From the IMG/VR virus record IMGVR_UViG_3300042363_000209: a stretch of DNA of 64,000 bases, one strand, 5' to 3'. Numbering within the stretch: the stretch's first letter is position 1; each line of letters begins with the position of its first letter. A program made the position numbers and the translations under genes. Source of the DNA: a virus (Duplodnaviria; Heunggongvirae; Uroviricota; Caudoviricetes). Under the pieces are notes generated by a model. It had not been told where the DNA came from. It was given only the letters and a program-made list of their open reading frames with translations, and ran no database searches. Positions 44,980-54,812 of the stretch are shown here, piece by piece.

Positions 44980-46931
44980 TAGAATAAATTTAATTGATTT
45001 GGATTAACAATAATTTTTCTTTTCTTACCTTCAAGCTGTATCTTATATACAATACGCTCAGCACGCTCTATATAATATGCGTGGTTAATGTTATCTAGAG
45101 AATGGTCTTTGCTTAGTTTATTACAAACTGTCATTAGCCATTCACCTGCTTCCACTTGTGACACATCTGCAGCATTAGTTGTACAATCAGGATTCTTTAT
45201 CTTTAAGAGCTTTTCTCCTGTATTAGATACATAATAACGAATCAACTTATTGTACACTGTTCTTTTAGCACCAGCTACACCTTCATAATGAAAGTCTTTG
45301 CTAGCCTTTTGCCTTAACGCAAAATCATATATATTATTATGATTGGTGATAGTGTCAGCAATAGGTATATTGTGAACAAAATACTGTTCAAGAGCCAAAG
45401 GAATAACACGACCAGACTTATTTTTATGAAGCTCAAAATCTGTGAGGAAATCGCCTTTCTTTTTAATTTCTCCATTTGTTTTAATTGCTAAATAGTCATT
45501 TACTGTTGAGAATATAATCTTAGCATAATCTGTACGCTCTAGTTCATATGTAGTTAGTTCCATCCACCATTTGTTTAACTCATGCATTTTTTGCAATAGT
45601 TCCTTCTTTATCTGAACTGTAACACCATCTGTATTAGCTGATATAACATGTATACCATTTAATTCATAGGCTTCAATTAGCATAAGTAAACTAAGCTCAC
45701 CTGTAATAGTGGTGAACATGGTTAGTTGTCTATCATAGATCCAGTTTTGCATGTCAGAGCTTTTACCATACACAGAGTTAACTGCTAACTTCAACGCTCC
45801 AACAATACCTGCTATCTTCTTATCTTTCTTAGCTAATGGCTTGAGTTCTAGTCTCTTCTCAAACATCTGTTTGTATCCTCTAAGAAACTCTTTACCTAAA
45901 TGCTGTGGATAGCGACCATTGTTAATGATAATAGCTGGATAGTATGAACTAACATCCCAATCAATAATTTCTACATCTTCATCAGCTTCAAATATCTTGG
46001 GCTTGTTCTCTGTATGTAAACCACCCTTAGCAAACGTATATGTATTATCATAGAATACTAATGACTCTTTAAAATCATCAGTGAGCGTAAAGATTTGTTT
46101 CTTTATATGCTTTAAGAATCCTTGTAGTTCTGGTGTCTGGAATGTTACATAATCAGCTATACAGTTTCTAGCTTTAACTTCTTTACGAAAGTATCCTTTC
46201 TTTGGTAGTTCACTATATTGTATACCTTTCTCTTGACAATAATATTTCTTAATCATTTCATCACCTATCTTACTATCTGAATAGTTAAGACATGGTATGT
46301 TAAACTCTTCTTCAATATCTTGTCTGAGCTCTATCTGATTGTTATCCTTATATAATGGATGTTCAGTGACACCTGTTGTTACCAAATAGAATTCATAAGT
46401 GGCATATATATCATTACGACAGTAATCAATAGTTAGTTCTATTTCATCATCTGTCATGTTAGTCTTTGTATGATGAATGGGCATCTCTTCAATGTTCTCT
46501 AGATCCATCTCAAACTCTAATCTTTTCAATGATACACGTCTGTTCTTATTATCATAATGATTCACCCTAAACAAATCAATTTGCTTATTAGCTAGCCATT
46601 CTTCCCTATATTCTGGGAATACATCATAGTTTGCATCATGTATTATATCTGCAGCCTTCTGAGCTATCAATGCACATACATCTAGTGCACCTATTTCATG
46701 CCAGTTCTGATGATTGCGTATGATCCACTCAACCACTTGACTGTCAAAGCGTAGATTGTTATAACCTACCCAATAGAAGTCTTTGTAGTCTTCTGTCATT
46801 CTAACAAAGGCATCAATTTGGTTTGTATTTTTACTCACCTGGAATTCATGCCATTGCTGTGTTTCAGGATTATATATACAAACTAGAAACAGCTCCTGCA
46901 TGGTTTCTATATCATAGATGAGTACGTTCAT
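44979..46931 (-). CDS. Family B DNA polymerase (compact, 650 aa) with 3'-5' exonuclease domain
   Basis: Exo I IYDIET. Motif A DWDVSSYYPAII (DxxSLYPS). Motif B KLAVNSVYGKS (KxxxNSxYG). Motif C ISANTDGV (DTD). Confidence 0.8.
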   Translation of the reverse strand: MNVLIYDIETMQELFLVCIYNPETQQWHEFQVSKNTNQIDAFVRMTEDYKDFYWVGYNNLRFDSQVVEWIIRNHQNWHEIGALDVCALIAQKAADIIHDANYDVFPEYREEWLANKQIDLFRVNHYDNKNRRVSLKRLEFEMDLENIEEMPIHHTKTNMTDDEIELTIDYCRNDIYATYEFYLVTTGVTEHPLYKDNNQIELRQDIEEEFNIPCLNYSDSKIGDEMIKKYYCQEKGIQYSELPKKGYFRKEVKARNCIADYVTFQTPELQGFLKHIKKQIFTLTDDFKESLVFYDNTYTFAKGGLHTENKPKIFEADEDVEIIDWDVSSYYPAIIINNGRYPQHLGKEFLRGYKQMFEKRLELKPLAKKDKKIAGIVGALKLAVNSVYGKSSDMQNWIYDRQLTMFTTITGELSLLMLIEAYELNGIHVISANTDGVTVQIKKELLQKMHELNKWWMELTTYELERTDYAKIIFSTVNDYLAIKTNGEIKKKGDFLTDFELHKNKSGRVIPLALEQYFVHNIPIADTITNHNNIYDFALRQKASKDFHYEGVAGAKRTVYNKLIRYYVSNTGEKLLKIKNPDCTTNAADVSQVEAGEWLMTVCNKLSKDHSLDNINHAYYIERAERIVYKIQLEGKKRKIIVNPNQLNLF

Positions 46932-46933
46932 AA

Positions 46934-47149
46934 TTAAAAGCTTATTTGTGGTGTAACAAAACTGAATTTTATAGGCTCACCTAATTCATAAATTTCAAGT
47001 TTACCGTCAGCATCTAAATATGTATCAGGATTTTCATTGAAATCATCAATGATATCTTGTTTTGTACCTACTACCCATGCTTCTGTATTTTCATACATTA
47101 CAACATATTGTTTTTGTTTAGCTGGTTTAGCTATTGTTTTCTTTTTCAT
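46934..47149 (-). CDS. Hypothetical protein (71 aa)
   Basis: ORF. Confidence 0.35.
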   Translation of the reverse strand: MKKKTIAKPAKQKQYVVMYENTEAWVVGTKQDIIDDFNENPDTYLDADGKLEIYELGEPIKFSFVTPQISF

Positions 47150-47312
47150 AATTAGTTTCGTTTATTTCGTTTAGATTGATACACTGCTCTCACTTCATCT
47201 AATTTCTTTAAGAATTCTCTGTTCTCAGAGCGTTCATTGTCCCACAGTGTGGATACATTAAACTTGCGTGCCCAATCATTGAATGTAATTTGTTGTTCTA
47301 TTTTAATTGCCA

Positions 47313-47552
47313 TTATTCTGTTTCGTTAGTATGTATATTCTTAAATTTATCTGCAGCTATACTGTCTTGTTCTTCTAATAGCTCTAATGCTATTTCATAT
47401 CTAGTAAGGTTTACATTACTAATATATAGTTCATCATATATTGAATCTATTCTGTTTTGTAGGAGAGTATTTTCTCTCTTTAAACTTGCTGTTTCATAAC
47501 CAGCTGCAAATAACACAATTGCTGCTATTGCAAATAATATTGCTGTTTTCAT
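47313..47552 (-). CDS. Small secreted/membrane protein (79 aa)
   Basis: N-terminal hydrophobic leader AILFAIAAIVLFAAG. Confidence 0.35.
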   Translation of the reverse strand: MKTAILFAIAAIVLFAAGYETASLKRENTLLQNRIDSIYDELYISNVNLTRYEIALELLEEQDSIAADKFKNIHTNETE

Positions 47553-47706
47553 AGGTTATTTGTATGTTTTAATATATTCTTTAATACACCATTTAATCAT
47601 ATCCCATAGATAATATCTCTGTTTAGACTTGGTTAGTTTGTACAAACCTTCATAATAACTAAAATATTTGTTCATAATGTGTAATTTAATGCACTAAATT
47701 AGAAAT

Positions 47707-47973
47707 TTATTTCTTTTTTGCTGCTTTTGTTGGTGTTTTAGGCAACTTATTGCTCTTTTTAGAACTATATTTCTCTTTTCCTTCAAGAGCTGTTAGTAAT
47801 GCAGCACTGAATATTTTAAGCAATTCTTTATCTTCTTCCATTACGCTAGCTAATCCAGCACCAAGTCCTGCACCATTTGAATCATCATGATATATAATGT
47901 CTACATGATTACCACGTATACTCATAAAGAAATGAGCATTCATGTCTTCTACCTTTAATTTACTTTTTGCCAT
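47707..47973 (-). CDS. Hypothetical protein (88 aa) with Lys-rich tail
   Basis: ORF. Confidence 0.35.
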   Translation of the reverse strand: MAKSKLKVEDMNAHFFMSIRGNHVDIIYHDDSNGAGLGAGLASVMEEDKELLKIFSAALLTALEGKEKYSSKKSNKLPKTPTKAAKKK

Positions 47974-47999
47974 GTTGTGTTTTTTAATTGTTAATGTTG

Positions 48000-48410
48000 T
48001 GGAGGTGAGGGGAGTTGAACCCCTGTCCAGACAAGTGATAATAATACCATTCTTACATGCTTAGATCTGAAGCTGTTCATGTACATTTACTTAGAGCAAT
48101 TACAATGTATTACTACATAGTCCTAAGCACTTCTAATCAGTAGTTGGGATCGCAGGGTTTGCTATCTACCACCACTCTATTTTGACATAATAGAGAAAAC
48201 GCTTGTAACTTTCTGTTTCCAGGTTGTTACCACCCAGTTGACTAAGCAGCTAATGCTAACTCAGAAGCGAAAGCCATAGCAATAATGCTAGCACCTTCTT
48301 CAACACGCTCAGATTGACTCTTTACGGTTATTGTTTAGAACTTGTTTACCTGTTCCAAGGCTTGCATGTGATACTACCAGCCTCATGTCTGTCAAAGCCA
48401 GTACACCCCC
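48000..48410 (-). ncRNA. ssrA: tmRNA (ssrA), phage-encoded, about 410 nt
   Basis: The minus-strand RNA starts GGGGGUGUACUGGCUUUGACAG... (tmRNA 5' acceptor/D-analogue). It contains a tag reading frame ...GCU UUC GCU UCU GAG UUA GCA UUA GCU GCU UAG (…AFASELALAA-stop). It ends ...GGACAGGGGUUCAACUCCCCUCACCUCCA (T-arm plus acceptor 3' strand complementary to the 5' GGGGGUG). Confidence 0.85.
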
Positions 48411-48411
48411 A

Positions 48412-48609
48412 TTATGTATTTCTATCTAAAGATATATTCTTACAGAATCTGATTTCTTTATTACTCAATGTCCATATTTCACCATTATCCATGGCACAAG
48501 TAAATAGAAGATTATGCTCCTGGCTATAATCTATAACCAAGAAAGCATAACCTTCCATTCCATCAGAATATCTCATGATAGGTATCATTGGATTCAGTTG
48601 AAGAATCAT
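48412..48609 (-). CDS. Hypothetical protein (65 aa) abutting the tmRNA 5' end
   Basis: ORF. Confidence 0.3.
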   Translation of the reverse strand: MILQLNPMIPIMRYSDGMEGYAFLVIDYSQEHNLLFTCAMDNGEIWTLSNKEIRFCKNISLDRNT

Positions 48610-48720
48610 TCTTTTTCTTTTTAATTATGTTGCCATCTTTATCAATGAATGGAGCCCTATGAAATTCATAGGACATCCATACAATGACAGTTAGCATCAC
48701 AAAGATAACGATATATATCA

Positions 48721-48939
48721 TTATTTGTAGGATTTAAATCTGATAAATCTAGACTTTTCTTGTGTATACTCATTTGTAGGTGTATACATATATCTACCAT
48801 TCTTAATCTGTAATCTATTAGCAGCTGTTTTAGCTGAAGCATTACGATAGATGGATTCAATTAAGTTATCTGCACTAGGTACATAACTTAATACCTGAAT
48901 GTGTGCAAAGTCTTTACTTGATGCAATTAATGTTGCCAT
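48721..48939 (-). CDS. Hypothetical protein (72 aa)
   Basis: ORF. The alternative overlapping ORF 48666..48860 was judged less likely. Confidence 0.3.
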   Translation of the reverse strand: MATLIASSKDFAHIQVLSYVPSADNLIESIYRNASAKTAANRLQIKNGRYMYTPTNEYTQEKSRFIRFKSYK

Positions 48940-48944
48940 GGTTG

Positions 48945-49673
48945 TTATTTTAATTTTGTGAATAATTCTACTAGTTTACCATCTTCTTGTGTAGCCAGTA
49001 TAAACTCTTTTTTGTTCTTTTTAAGATTTTCTAAGAATTTAGGATGATTGTATTTACTTGTGTTTCTTACAAACTTAACATACTCTCTACATAAGTATTT
49101 GTTTTCCATTCTATTCATTCTAGGAACAACTTTTAATACATCTGTTAGATTGTTTAATATATTAACATTCTTTGCTTCGTCAATTATTTTAAACTCTCCA
49201 CATTTGATTTTTCTAGTTACATTGCCACCATCTGATATATAATTACATAATACAGAAGATAATATACCCATGTCAAAATCATACACTTGATAGTAATGAT
49301 TAAGCTTTACATAATCAGGAACTAATGAACTCCATGCTGTAATATAATCAGTTAGAGCCCAGTTTTTAGATGATGCATTTAATAATGCTATCTTCTCTAC
49401 TAGTTCCACCTTGTCTTTAACAGTGATTGTTACATATGGAATATCCATATTGTTCCTAATCAATGCATTGAACAAATGCTGACCATCAATGATGTACATT
49501 TTCTTTTTACCATCAACAAATGATATCTCAGCTGCTACAACAGGTCTAATAATACCCATTTTGTTCACTGAGTTTGCTAATTTAGTCACCTGAGCTGGAT
49601 TAATAGCTCTGTTAATACCTGCTAGGTAATAAAATGACTGTTTACTGTCTTTTTTCAATGTTAAGATTTTCAT
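48945..49673 (-). CDS. ParB/Srx-fold N-terminal-domain protein
   Basis: GINRAINPAQV, then IIDGQHLFNAL (compare ParB IIAGERRWRAA / DGHHR). Confidence 0.45.
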   Translation of the reverse strand: MKILTLKKDSKQSFYYLAGINRAINPAQVTKLANSVNKMGIIRPVVAAEISFVDGKKKMYIIDGQHLFNALIRNNMDIPYVTITVKDKVELVEKIALLNASSKNWALTDYITAWSSLVPDYVKLNHYYQVYDFDMGILSSVLCNYISDGGNVTRKIKCGEFKIIDEAKNVNILNNLTDVLKVVPRMNRMENKYLCREYVKFVRNTSKYNHPKFLENLKKNKKEFILATQEDGKLVELFTKLK

Positions 49674-49894
49674 GTTTTCTGTGTTTTATTTTTAGATTTT
49701 TTATAATGTTTACTAGCTTGTTGTTGTCTAAGTACTTGCTTAGGTATGTCATCTATTATTGGTTGTATTACCTGAAACCGTGGTTTAAGTGGTAATGGTA
49801 TATTAAGAAAGCTCATTGCTCCCTTATCTACATCATCTTTATATCTACCATCTATAAACTTACGTTCACCTGGTTTAGCATCTATCCTTCTCAT
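49670..49894 (-). CDS. Hypothetical protein (74 aa)
   Basis: ORF. Confidence 0.35.
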   Translation of the reverse strand: MRRIDAKPGERKFIDGRYKDDVDKGAMSFLNIPLPLKPRFQVIQPIIDDIPKQVLRQQQASKHYKKSKNKTQKT

Positions 49895-50082
49895 TATGCA
49901 AGAGTTAGTTGTTTTAGATATTTTACTTGTCTTTCTCTATCCCATAGATTCATCATGTCTTGAGCCTTATCTGTTAGTTTGGATCTGTTATATGCAATAC
50001 CAACTTTAAGTTCTCTAGCCCATTCAGTGAATGATAGTTGTTGTTCAGGAACAACTGTTGATTGTGTTTTAATGTTCTCCAT
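49894..50082 (-). CDS. Hypothetical protein (62 aa)
   Basis: ORF. Confidence 0.3.
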   Translation of the reverse strand: MENIKTQSTVVPEQQLSFTEWARELKVGIAYNRSKLTDKAQDMMNLWDRERQVKYLKQLTLA

Positions 50083-50109
50083 AATTAAATTGATTAATAA
50101 TTAAATAAA

Positions 50110-50652
50110 TTAGTCTTCTGGTTCATCATCTGGATTATCATCCATCTCATCCCAATATTCATCATCATCAGGATATTCATTGTCATCTTGATCATATAAA
50201 TAGTCATCCTCATCCCATAATAGTCTAAGTGTTACCTTATCCATGTATAGCACTGGAACAGCTAAGCCATCTTCAAAGGCTAAGTCTTCTATTTCTATCT
50301 CAAGCTCACCATTATAATCTGATAGTATAAGATTGATGTCTTTGAGCTCTATGTCTCTGAGTTCATCTGTACCTGGTCCATCATCCCACCAACCTACCTC
50401 ATCAGGTGCTGCTAATGCAACAGCCTTTTCATCAGGATTAGCTGTATATGATACAACAACAGGCATAATAGGACAACCATTTATTTGTATATAAGCCTCT
50501 TGATCTTCTGGTGTGTGACCTAATAGAAATACTCTATCATATGTATATCTTTTACCATATATGGTGTCTGTAATTGTTTGTTTAAACCACATGCCTGGTT
50601 TTAGTTTTTCAGGCATATATGAGTCAAATGTTAGTTTTGCTTTTATGTACAT
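50110..50652 (-). CDS. Hypothetical protein with strongly acidic C-terminal tail (180 aa)
   Basis: C-terminus ...DQDDNEYPDDDEYWDEMDDNPDDEPED. Confidence 0.4.
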   Translation of the reverse strand: MYIKAKLTFDSYMPEKLKPGMWFKQTITDTIYGKRYTYDRVFLLGHTPEDQEAYIQINGCPIMPVVVSYTANPDEKAVALAAPDEVGWWDDGPGTDELRDIELKDINLILSDYNGELEIEIEDLAFEDGLAVPVLYMDKVTLRLLWDEDDYLYDQDDNEYPDDDEYWDEMDDNPDDEPED

Positions 50653-50672
50653 TTTTGTTTGTTTTTAATGTA

Positions 50673-51083
50673 TTATCTATATCTGTTATGATAGTCATAA
50701 CAAGAATAACATACTTTAGCTATATAATCTCCTTTTGCAGATGTATGTAGATAAAGTTCTGCTCTTCTGTCACCAAAGCTACCATCTAATGAATCACCAC
50801 ATTCTTCACAAATGTATTTCTCTTTAGAACCAAATGTAATAGTGTCATATGAAGACATATCTATCTCATCATGATTATCAAGAATTGGTTCTTGCCCTTC
50901 AGCAACTATGTCTGCTGGTAGATAACCAATACCATCTAATATATCCTGTAATGTTACAGTGAATACACCTTTGTCTGTTAATGACTCAAGTATGTCATGT
51001 CTGTTAAAGAACTCTTTGCATATATCATGGTCAAAATACCAATCAATAAATGATTGTTTATCAATCAATAAGGTTTTAGTCAT
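50673..51083 (-). CDS. Cys-rich zinc-finger protein (136 aa)
   Basis: CEECGD...CYSCYDYH. Confidence 0.4.
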   Translation of the reverse strand: MTKTLLIDKQSFIDWYFDHDICKEFFNRHDILESLTDKGVFTVTLQDILDGIGYLPADIVAEGQEPILDNHDEIDMSSYDTITFGSKEKYICEECGDSLDGSFGDRRAELYLHTSAKGDYIAKVCYSCYDYHNRYR

Positions 51084-51314
51084 ATAATTGTTTGTTTAAT
51101 GATGAAATAAATAAGGACCCAGCTAGGGGAAGCTGAGCCCTATATCTACCAACACACACATCTAAAATCCTAATAGTTCTAAATCTTGTGCGTTAGCCTC
51201 AATTGAGACTATTGTGTGTTTAATACTTTCTATTCTATATTTAAAGTTTGCTATCATTTTAAATATATAAAACTCTTGAGGTGTTAACTGTATTGTTTTC
51301 ATCTTATTGCTATA

Positions 51315-51584
51315 TTAATGTGAGTTTTTAGATAGGTTAAATCTAACCTTTGTGTCTTTAATTTGATCTAAACATTCGTCATAACCCTTAAAATAGTAAT
51401 ATGTTTCCACTCTACATATATAACTATCAATAAGTAAATAACCTCCAAAATATCCAATAACGGACATTAAAGAGATGAGTGCAAGCTTCTCATTACTGTA
51501 TTCAACAGCTAATGGAAAGAGTATGATTAACACTGTTGTAATCATAATCATAGCAATACCAAGGTACAATTCAAATTTTTTCAT
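51315..51584 (-). CDS. Small membrane protein (two TM)
   Basis: Hydrophobic segments IAMIMITTVLIILFPL and LISLMSVIGYFGGYLL. Confidence 0.35.
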   Translation of the reverse strand: MKKFELYLGIAMIMITTVLIILFPLAVEYSNEKLALISLMSVIGYFGGYLLIDSYICRVETYYYFKGYDECLDQIKDTKVRFNLSKNSH

Positions 51585-51846
51585 AAATAATGTGTGTTAA
51601 AAGATTGTGTAATAATGTGTTGTAAAGAATATAGATTTTGTGCCTCAATCTACAAAGCCTCTATTCAATGAAGTAGAACAGATAAACTCCTATATTATCT
51701 TTGCCATAGGTTAACTTTACCTACTACGCAACGCATTTGTTTTGGTGCATGATATTGTCTTTGTACACTGCATGATGATAGTAACATAACTATAACCATT
51801 GTAGCAAAGAACCATGCTAACATTGTTGGTACTTCTTTTTTCATAA

Positions 51847-52074
51847 CTAATTGATTTTAAATAGTTTAATAGAATCAAAGTCTTTTTCATCACCTGTCAT
51901 ATACAATATAGACATCATAATGAAATAGAATGCATAACATATAATGTATGGTGTAGAAGAAATAGCATCTTGGTATACAAATGCAAATCCAGATACTAAT
52001 AAGAAGAATAGGACAATTACATATGGTACTGTCCATAGAGCTAATAAGTTAGCAATGTGTTTGATTAAGTTCAT
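51847..52074 (-). CDS. Small membrane protein (two TM)
   Basis: Hydrophobic segments. Confidence 0.3.
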   Translation of the reverse strand: MNLIKHIANLLALWTVPYVIVLFFLLVSGFAFVYQDAISSTPYIICYAFYFIMMSILYMTGDEKDFDSIKLFKIN

Positions 52075-52168
52075 GTGTTGTTTATTAAATGATTGATTAA
52101 TAATGTGTTATATAATATATATCGCCTTTGGTACGCTAAAGGCTAATGACAGAGATATATATTATGTG

Positions 52169-52786
52169 TTATATTACAACTGTGTCTGATGTATTGATCT
52201 TTCTAAATAGATTATGAATGTTCATATCACTGTCAACAGTTCGTACATATATGTATTTGTGCTCATCAGTGTTTAATAGAACAACAGCAGCAAATGCATC
52301 TTCCCAATACTCCTGACCATATCTTAATGCAATAGAGTTTAAACCACCATAACTAGTGATTTCTCCATCTGAATTGGCACAAAATACCATTGTCTCTTGC
52401 ATCATTAGATTTGTAGAGGCAACAACATACTCTGGATGAAGTTCTTGTTCATAATCACGTTCATCAGTGATAACATCTGTGTGCTCCTCATAATCATAAT
52501 CAGGATAATCTATATCATCAGGATAGTCTATATCCTTTGGATCATCAGCATGATATGATAAGAAGGAAGCATTATAGTCTTTCCACTCCCAACAATCATT
52601 CTCCATATAAGGAGTTTTAATTGTATTAGAATAAAGACTAACAACAATGATGTCTTCACCATTGGTTAATTGTTCATTAACATCAGGCCAATTTCCATGA
52701 TGTACTTTTGTTTCGTTGGTTGTTCTGTTGATGATGTAATACATGTTTTTTCTATTTAATGCTATATATATTGTATTGAATAGCAT
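52169..52786 (-). CDS. Hypothetical protein (205 aa)
   Basis: ORF. Confidence 0.4.
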   Translation of the reverse strand: MLFNTIYIALNRKNMYYIINRTTNETKVHHGNWPDVNEQLTNGEDIIVVSLYSNTIKTPYMENDCWEWKDYNASFLSYHADDPKDIDYPDDIDYPDYDYEEHTDVITDERDYEQELHPEYVVASTNLMMQETMVFCANSDGEITSYGGLNSIALRYGQEYWEDAFAAVVLLNTDEHKYIYVRTVDSDMNIHNLFRKINTSDTVVI

Positions 52787-52944
52787 GATTAGTTAATAGT
52801 GATTTGGTATATGATTATCCTGTGAGGGTTACACACCTTCTCTTGTGTTCACAGATAAGTTATTGATTATTAGCAGTTTATTATGCTTGCTGTGCCTATT
52901 TCCCACAACCCCTAACCCCTACACCCACTTGTATATGTAATAAT

Positions 52945-52976
52945 GAAAGAGAGCACAATTTAATGCACTCTCTTTC
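52945..52976 (-). terminator. Hairpin immediately 3' of the 52987..53493 gene
   Basis: GAAAGAGAGCACA-atttaa-TGCACTCTCTTTC, a 12-13-bp stem. Confidence 0.35.
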
Positions 52977-52986
52977 ATATTAGTGA

Positions 52987-53493
52987 CTACCAAACATCAG
53001 ATACTGATGCAACATTACTCTTCGCAGGAGCAACAGGCATCTTAACCTTAACGCGAGAACCACCTTCTGGATTACTAATGATATACTTAACGACTTGTTC
53101 GCCTGTTTCATCACTAATCAAAGGTATTGTATTATCAATATCTTGGAAGATTGGTTGCTCTTGAATTGGATAGTTCAACATATCAGCAAGCTTGATAGAC
53201 TTGTTACGAAGCTTTGCACTCAATGGACGACTGAACCACAATAAACCGTAGTCAGATGTACCTTCATAATTAATTTTAAGAGTGACAGCTTGGTCAGTCT
53301 TAACATTCATTACAGGATAGTTAACATTATCACTCAATGATAATTCTTCGCTATCTACAAGATAGTCTTGTAATGTGCCTGCCAACACACGCTCTGTGGT
53401 GCCGTTAGTTTCAGGTGCATTTCTTCTGATGTTAAAAATTGCAGGCTTTTTAGCTACTGCTGTCTTTGCTGTTTTTGTTTGTGGCTGTGCCAT
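52987..53493 (-). CDS. Hypothetical protein (168 aa); first gene of the leftward block next to the control region
   Basis: ORF. Confidence 0.45.
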   Translation of the reverse strand: MAQPQTKTAKTAVAKKPAIFNIRRNAPETNGTTERVLAGTLQDYLVDSEELSLSDNVNYPVMNVKTDQAVTLKINYEGTSDYGLLWFSRPLSAKLRNKSIKLADMLNYPIQEQPIFQDIDNTIPLISDETGEQVVKYIISNPEGGSRVKVKMPVAPAKSNVASVSDVW

Positions 53494-54449
53494 AATGTGT
53501 TTTTGTTCAGATTGTGTTCTGTTCCCAATGTTTAATTGTGTCTTTGAGACCCCTGGGGGCTACCCCAATCGCTCAAATCACAGGAGGGGTCACCATGTGG
53601 AGTAGCCTCTCCTCCCATGGATAAGGGGGTTGTAACATCTAGAAAAAAATTTTGTAAAATAGTTCCACATGGAACCTTGGGTATAATCATCTGAGGACCA
53701 ATGGCTTAAGTGGCCCCTGTGTTAAATGTTCCATGGCCCCATGTTAAATGTTTGCATGAATTTTTCCAAATGTTTCATGCACCCATTTTTATACTTACAG
53801 TATAAATTGCACCCATAAATTAAACTTTGCCCCCATTTTTCGTAACAAATAACTATATAAATATGTTACAAGAGTGTCACAGTTTTTCAAATATTTGTGA
53901 CACACTTCCAGGTTTGGCTGTGTTTCACTTCCTGATTTGGCAAGTTATAACAAGTCTATATTCTGCCAAAAGTCAAGCTATGGCTTTACCCATCTTACGT
54001 TTTGTCAAGCTATAGCTTTACATATTGTTCACATTTTCCTTCTGTTCACGTATTCGTGAACAAGCTTTGTTTGTGAACATAATGTGTCTTATAAGGGATA
54101 TGCTCAGCTTAACAATGTTGCTTTTATAACACATTATGGTATGTTATGGTGTATAGTGATGGAATGTTCCACCAAAATTATAAACTCCTGTTGTATCAAA
54201 ACTATAATATTTTGCAAGTTTTGATAATAGGTGAAAATAAATTTGGTAGTTTCAAAATAGTCTTCGTAACTTTGGGGGGGATTTAGGGGGGGCCCTAAGT
54301 ACATCTAATCAGCTAATACACTATCTACAATTTATTGGTAGAATATAATGGATTATAAAAATAGTGCATAATATAGCATTCCTATTCCAGATAACTAAAA
54401 TAGTTATTTGACAATCAAAGGAATATACATACCTTTGCTTTAACTAATT
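53494..54449. promoter_or_regulatory. ~950-bp non-coding divergent control region (candidate promoters, operators, possible origin)
   Basis: No ORF of 60 aa or more. Contains, in order: GC-rich blocks at 53551..53640; TATAAT at 53682..53687; direct repeats GTTAAATGTT x2 and GCACCCAT-like x3 at 53717..53835; inverted repeat GTGTCACA-N14-TGTGACAC at 53874..53903; nested TGTTCAC/GTGAACA palindromic array at 54026..54079; and two G7 runs at 54274..54292. Confidence 0.6.
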
Positions 54450-54812
54450 ATGGAACCAACAAACAACAAGAAGCTAATTGTTCAGAAAATGAAGAGACCA
54501 GTGGGGGATTCCTACGCTGTGGCTGAGAAGTATTACAATATACTGTCAGCTGTGAATGGTCTTGGATTGACAGAACGTGAGGTGCAATTGATTGCTTTCA
54601 CAGCCATCAAAGGTAACATCTCCTATGCCAATGTTCGTCAAGAGTTCTGTGAGAAGTACAAAAGCTCGCCCCCAACCATCAACAACATCATCTCCAAACT
54701 TAAACGTATTGGTGTATTTGTCAAGGACGGTACCAAGGTGAAGGTCAACCCAGTCATCATCCTAGACTTTGAGAAAGACATTGTCTTACAAATAACTGTA
54801 AGTCATGGATAA
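54450..54812 (+). CDS. Hypothetical early protein, possible HTH regulator (120 aa)
   Basis: First ORF of the rightward block. LTEREVQLIAF resembles an HTH segment. Weak. Confidence 0.35.
   Translation: MEPTNNKKLIVQKMKRPVGDSYAVAEKYYNILSAVNGLGLTEREVQLIAFTAIKGNISYANVRQEFCEKYKSSPPTINNIISKLKRIGVFVKDGTKVKVNPVIILDFEKDIVLQITVSHG

Noticed and set aside
48314-48529. ORF-track CDS 48314..48529 (+), and overlap of 48412..48609 (-) with the region
   Set aside because: This span is the 5' half of the tmRNA on the opposite strand, including the GGGGGUGUACUGGCUUUGAC end at 48391..48410. The plus-strand ORF is almost certainly spurious.
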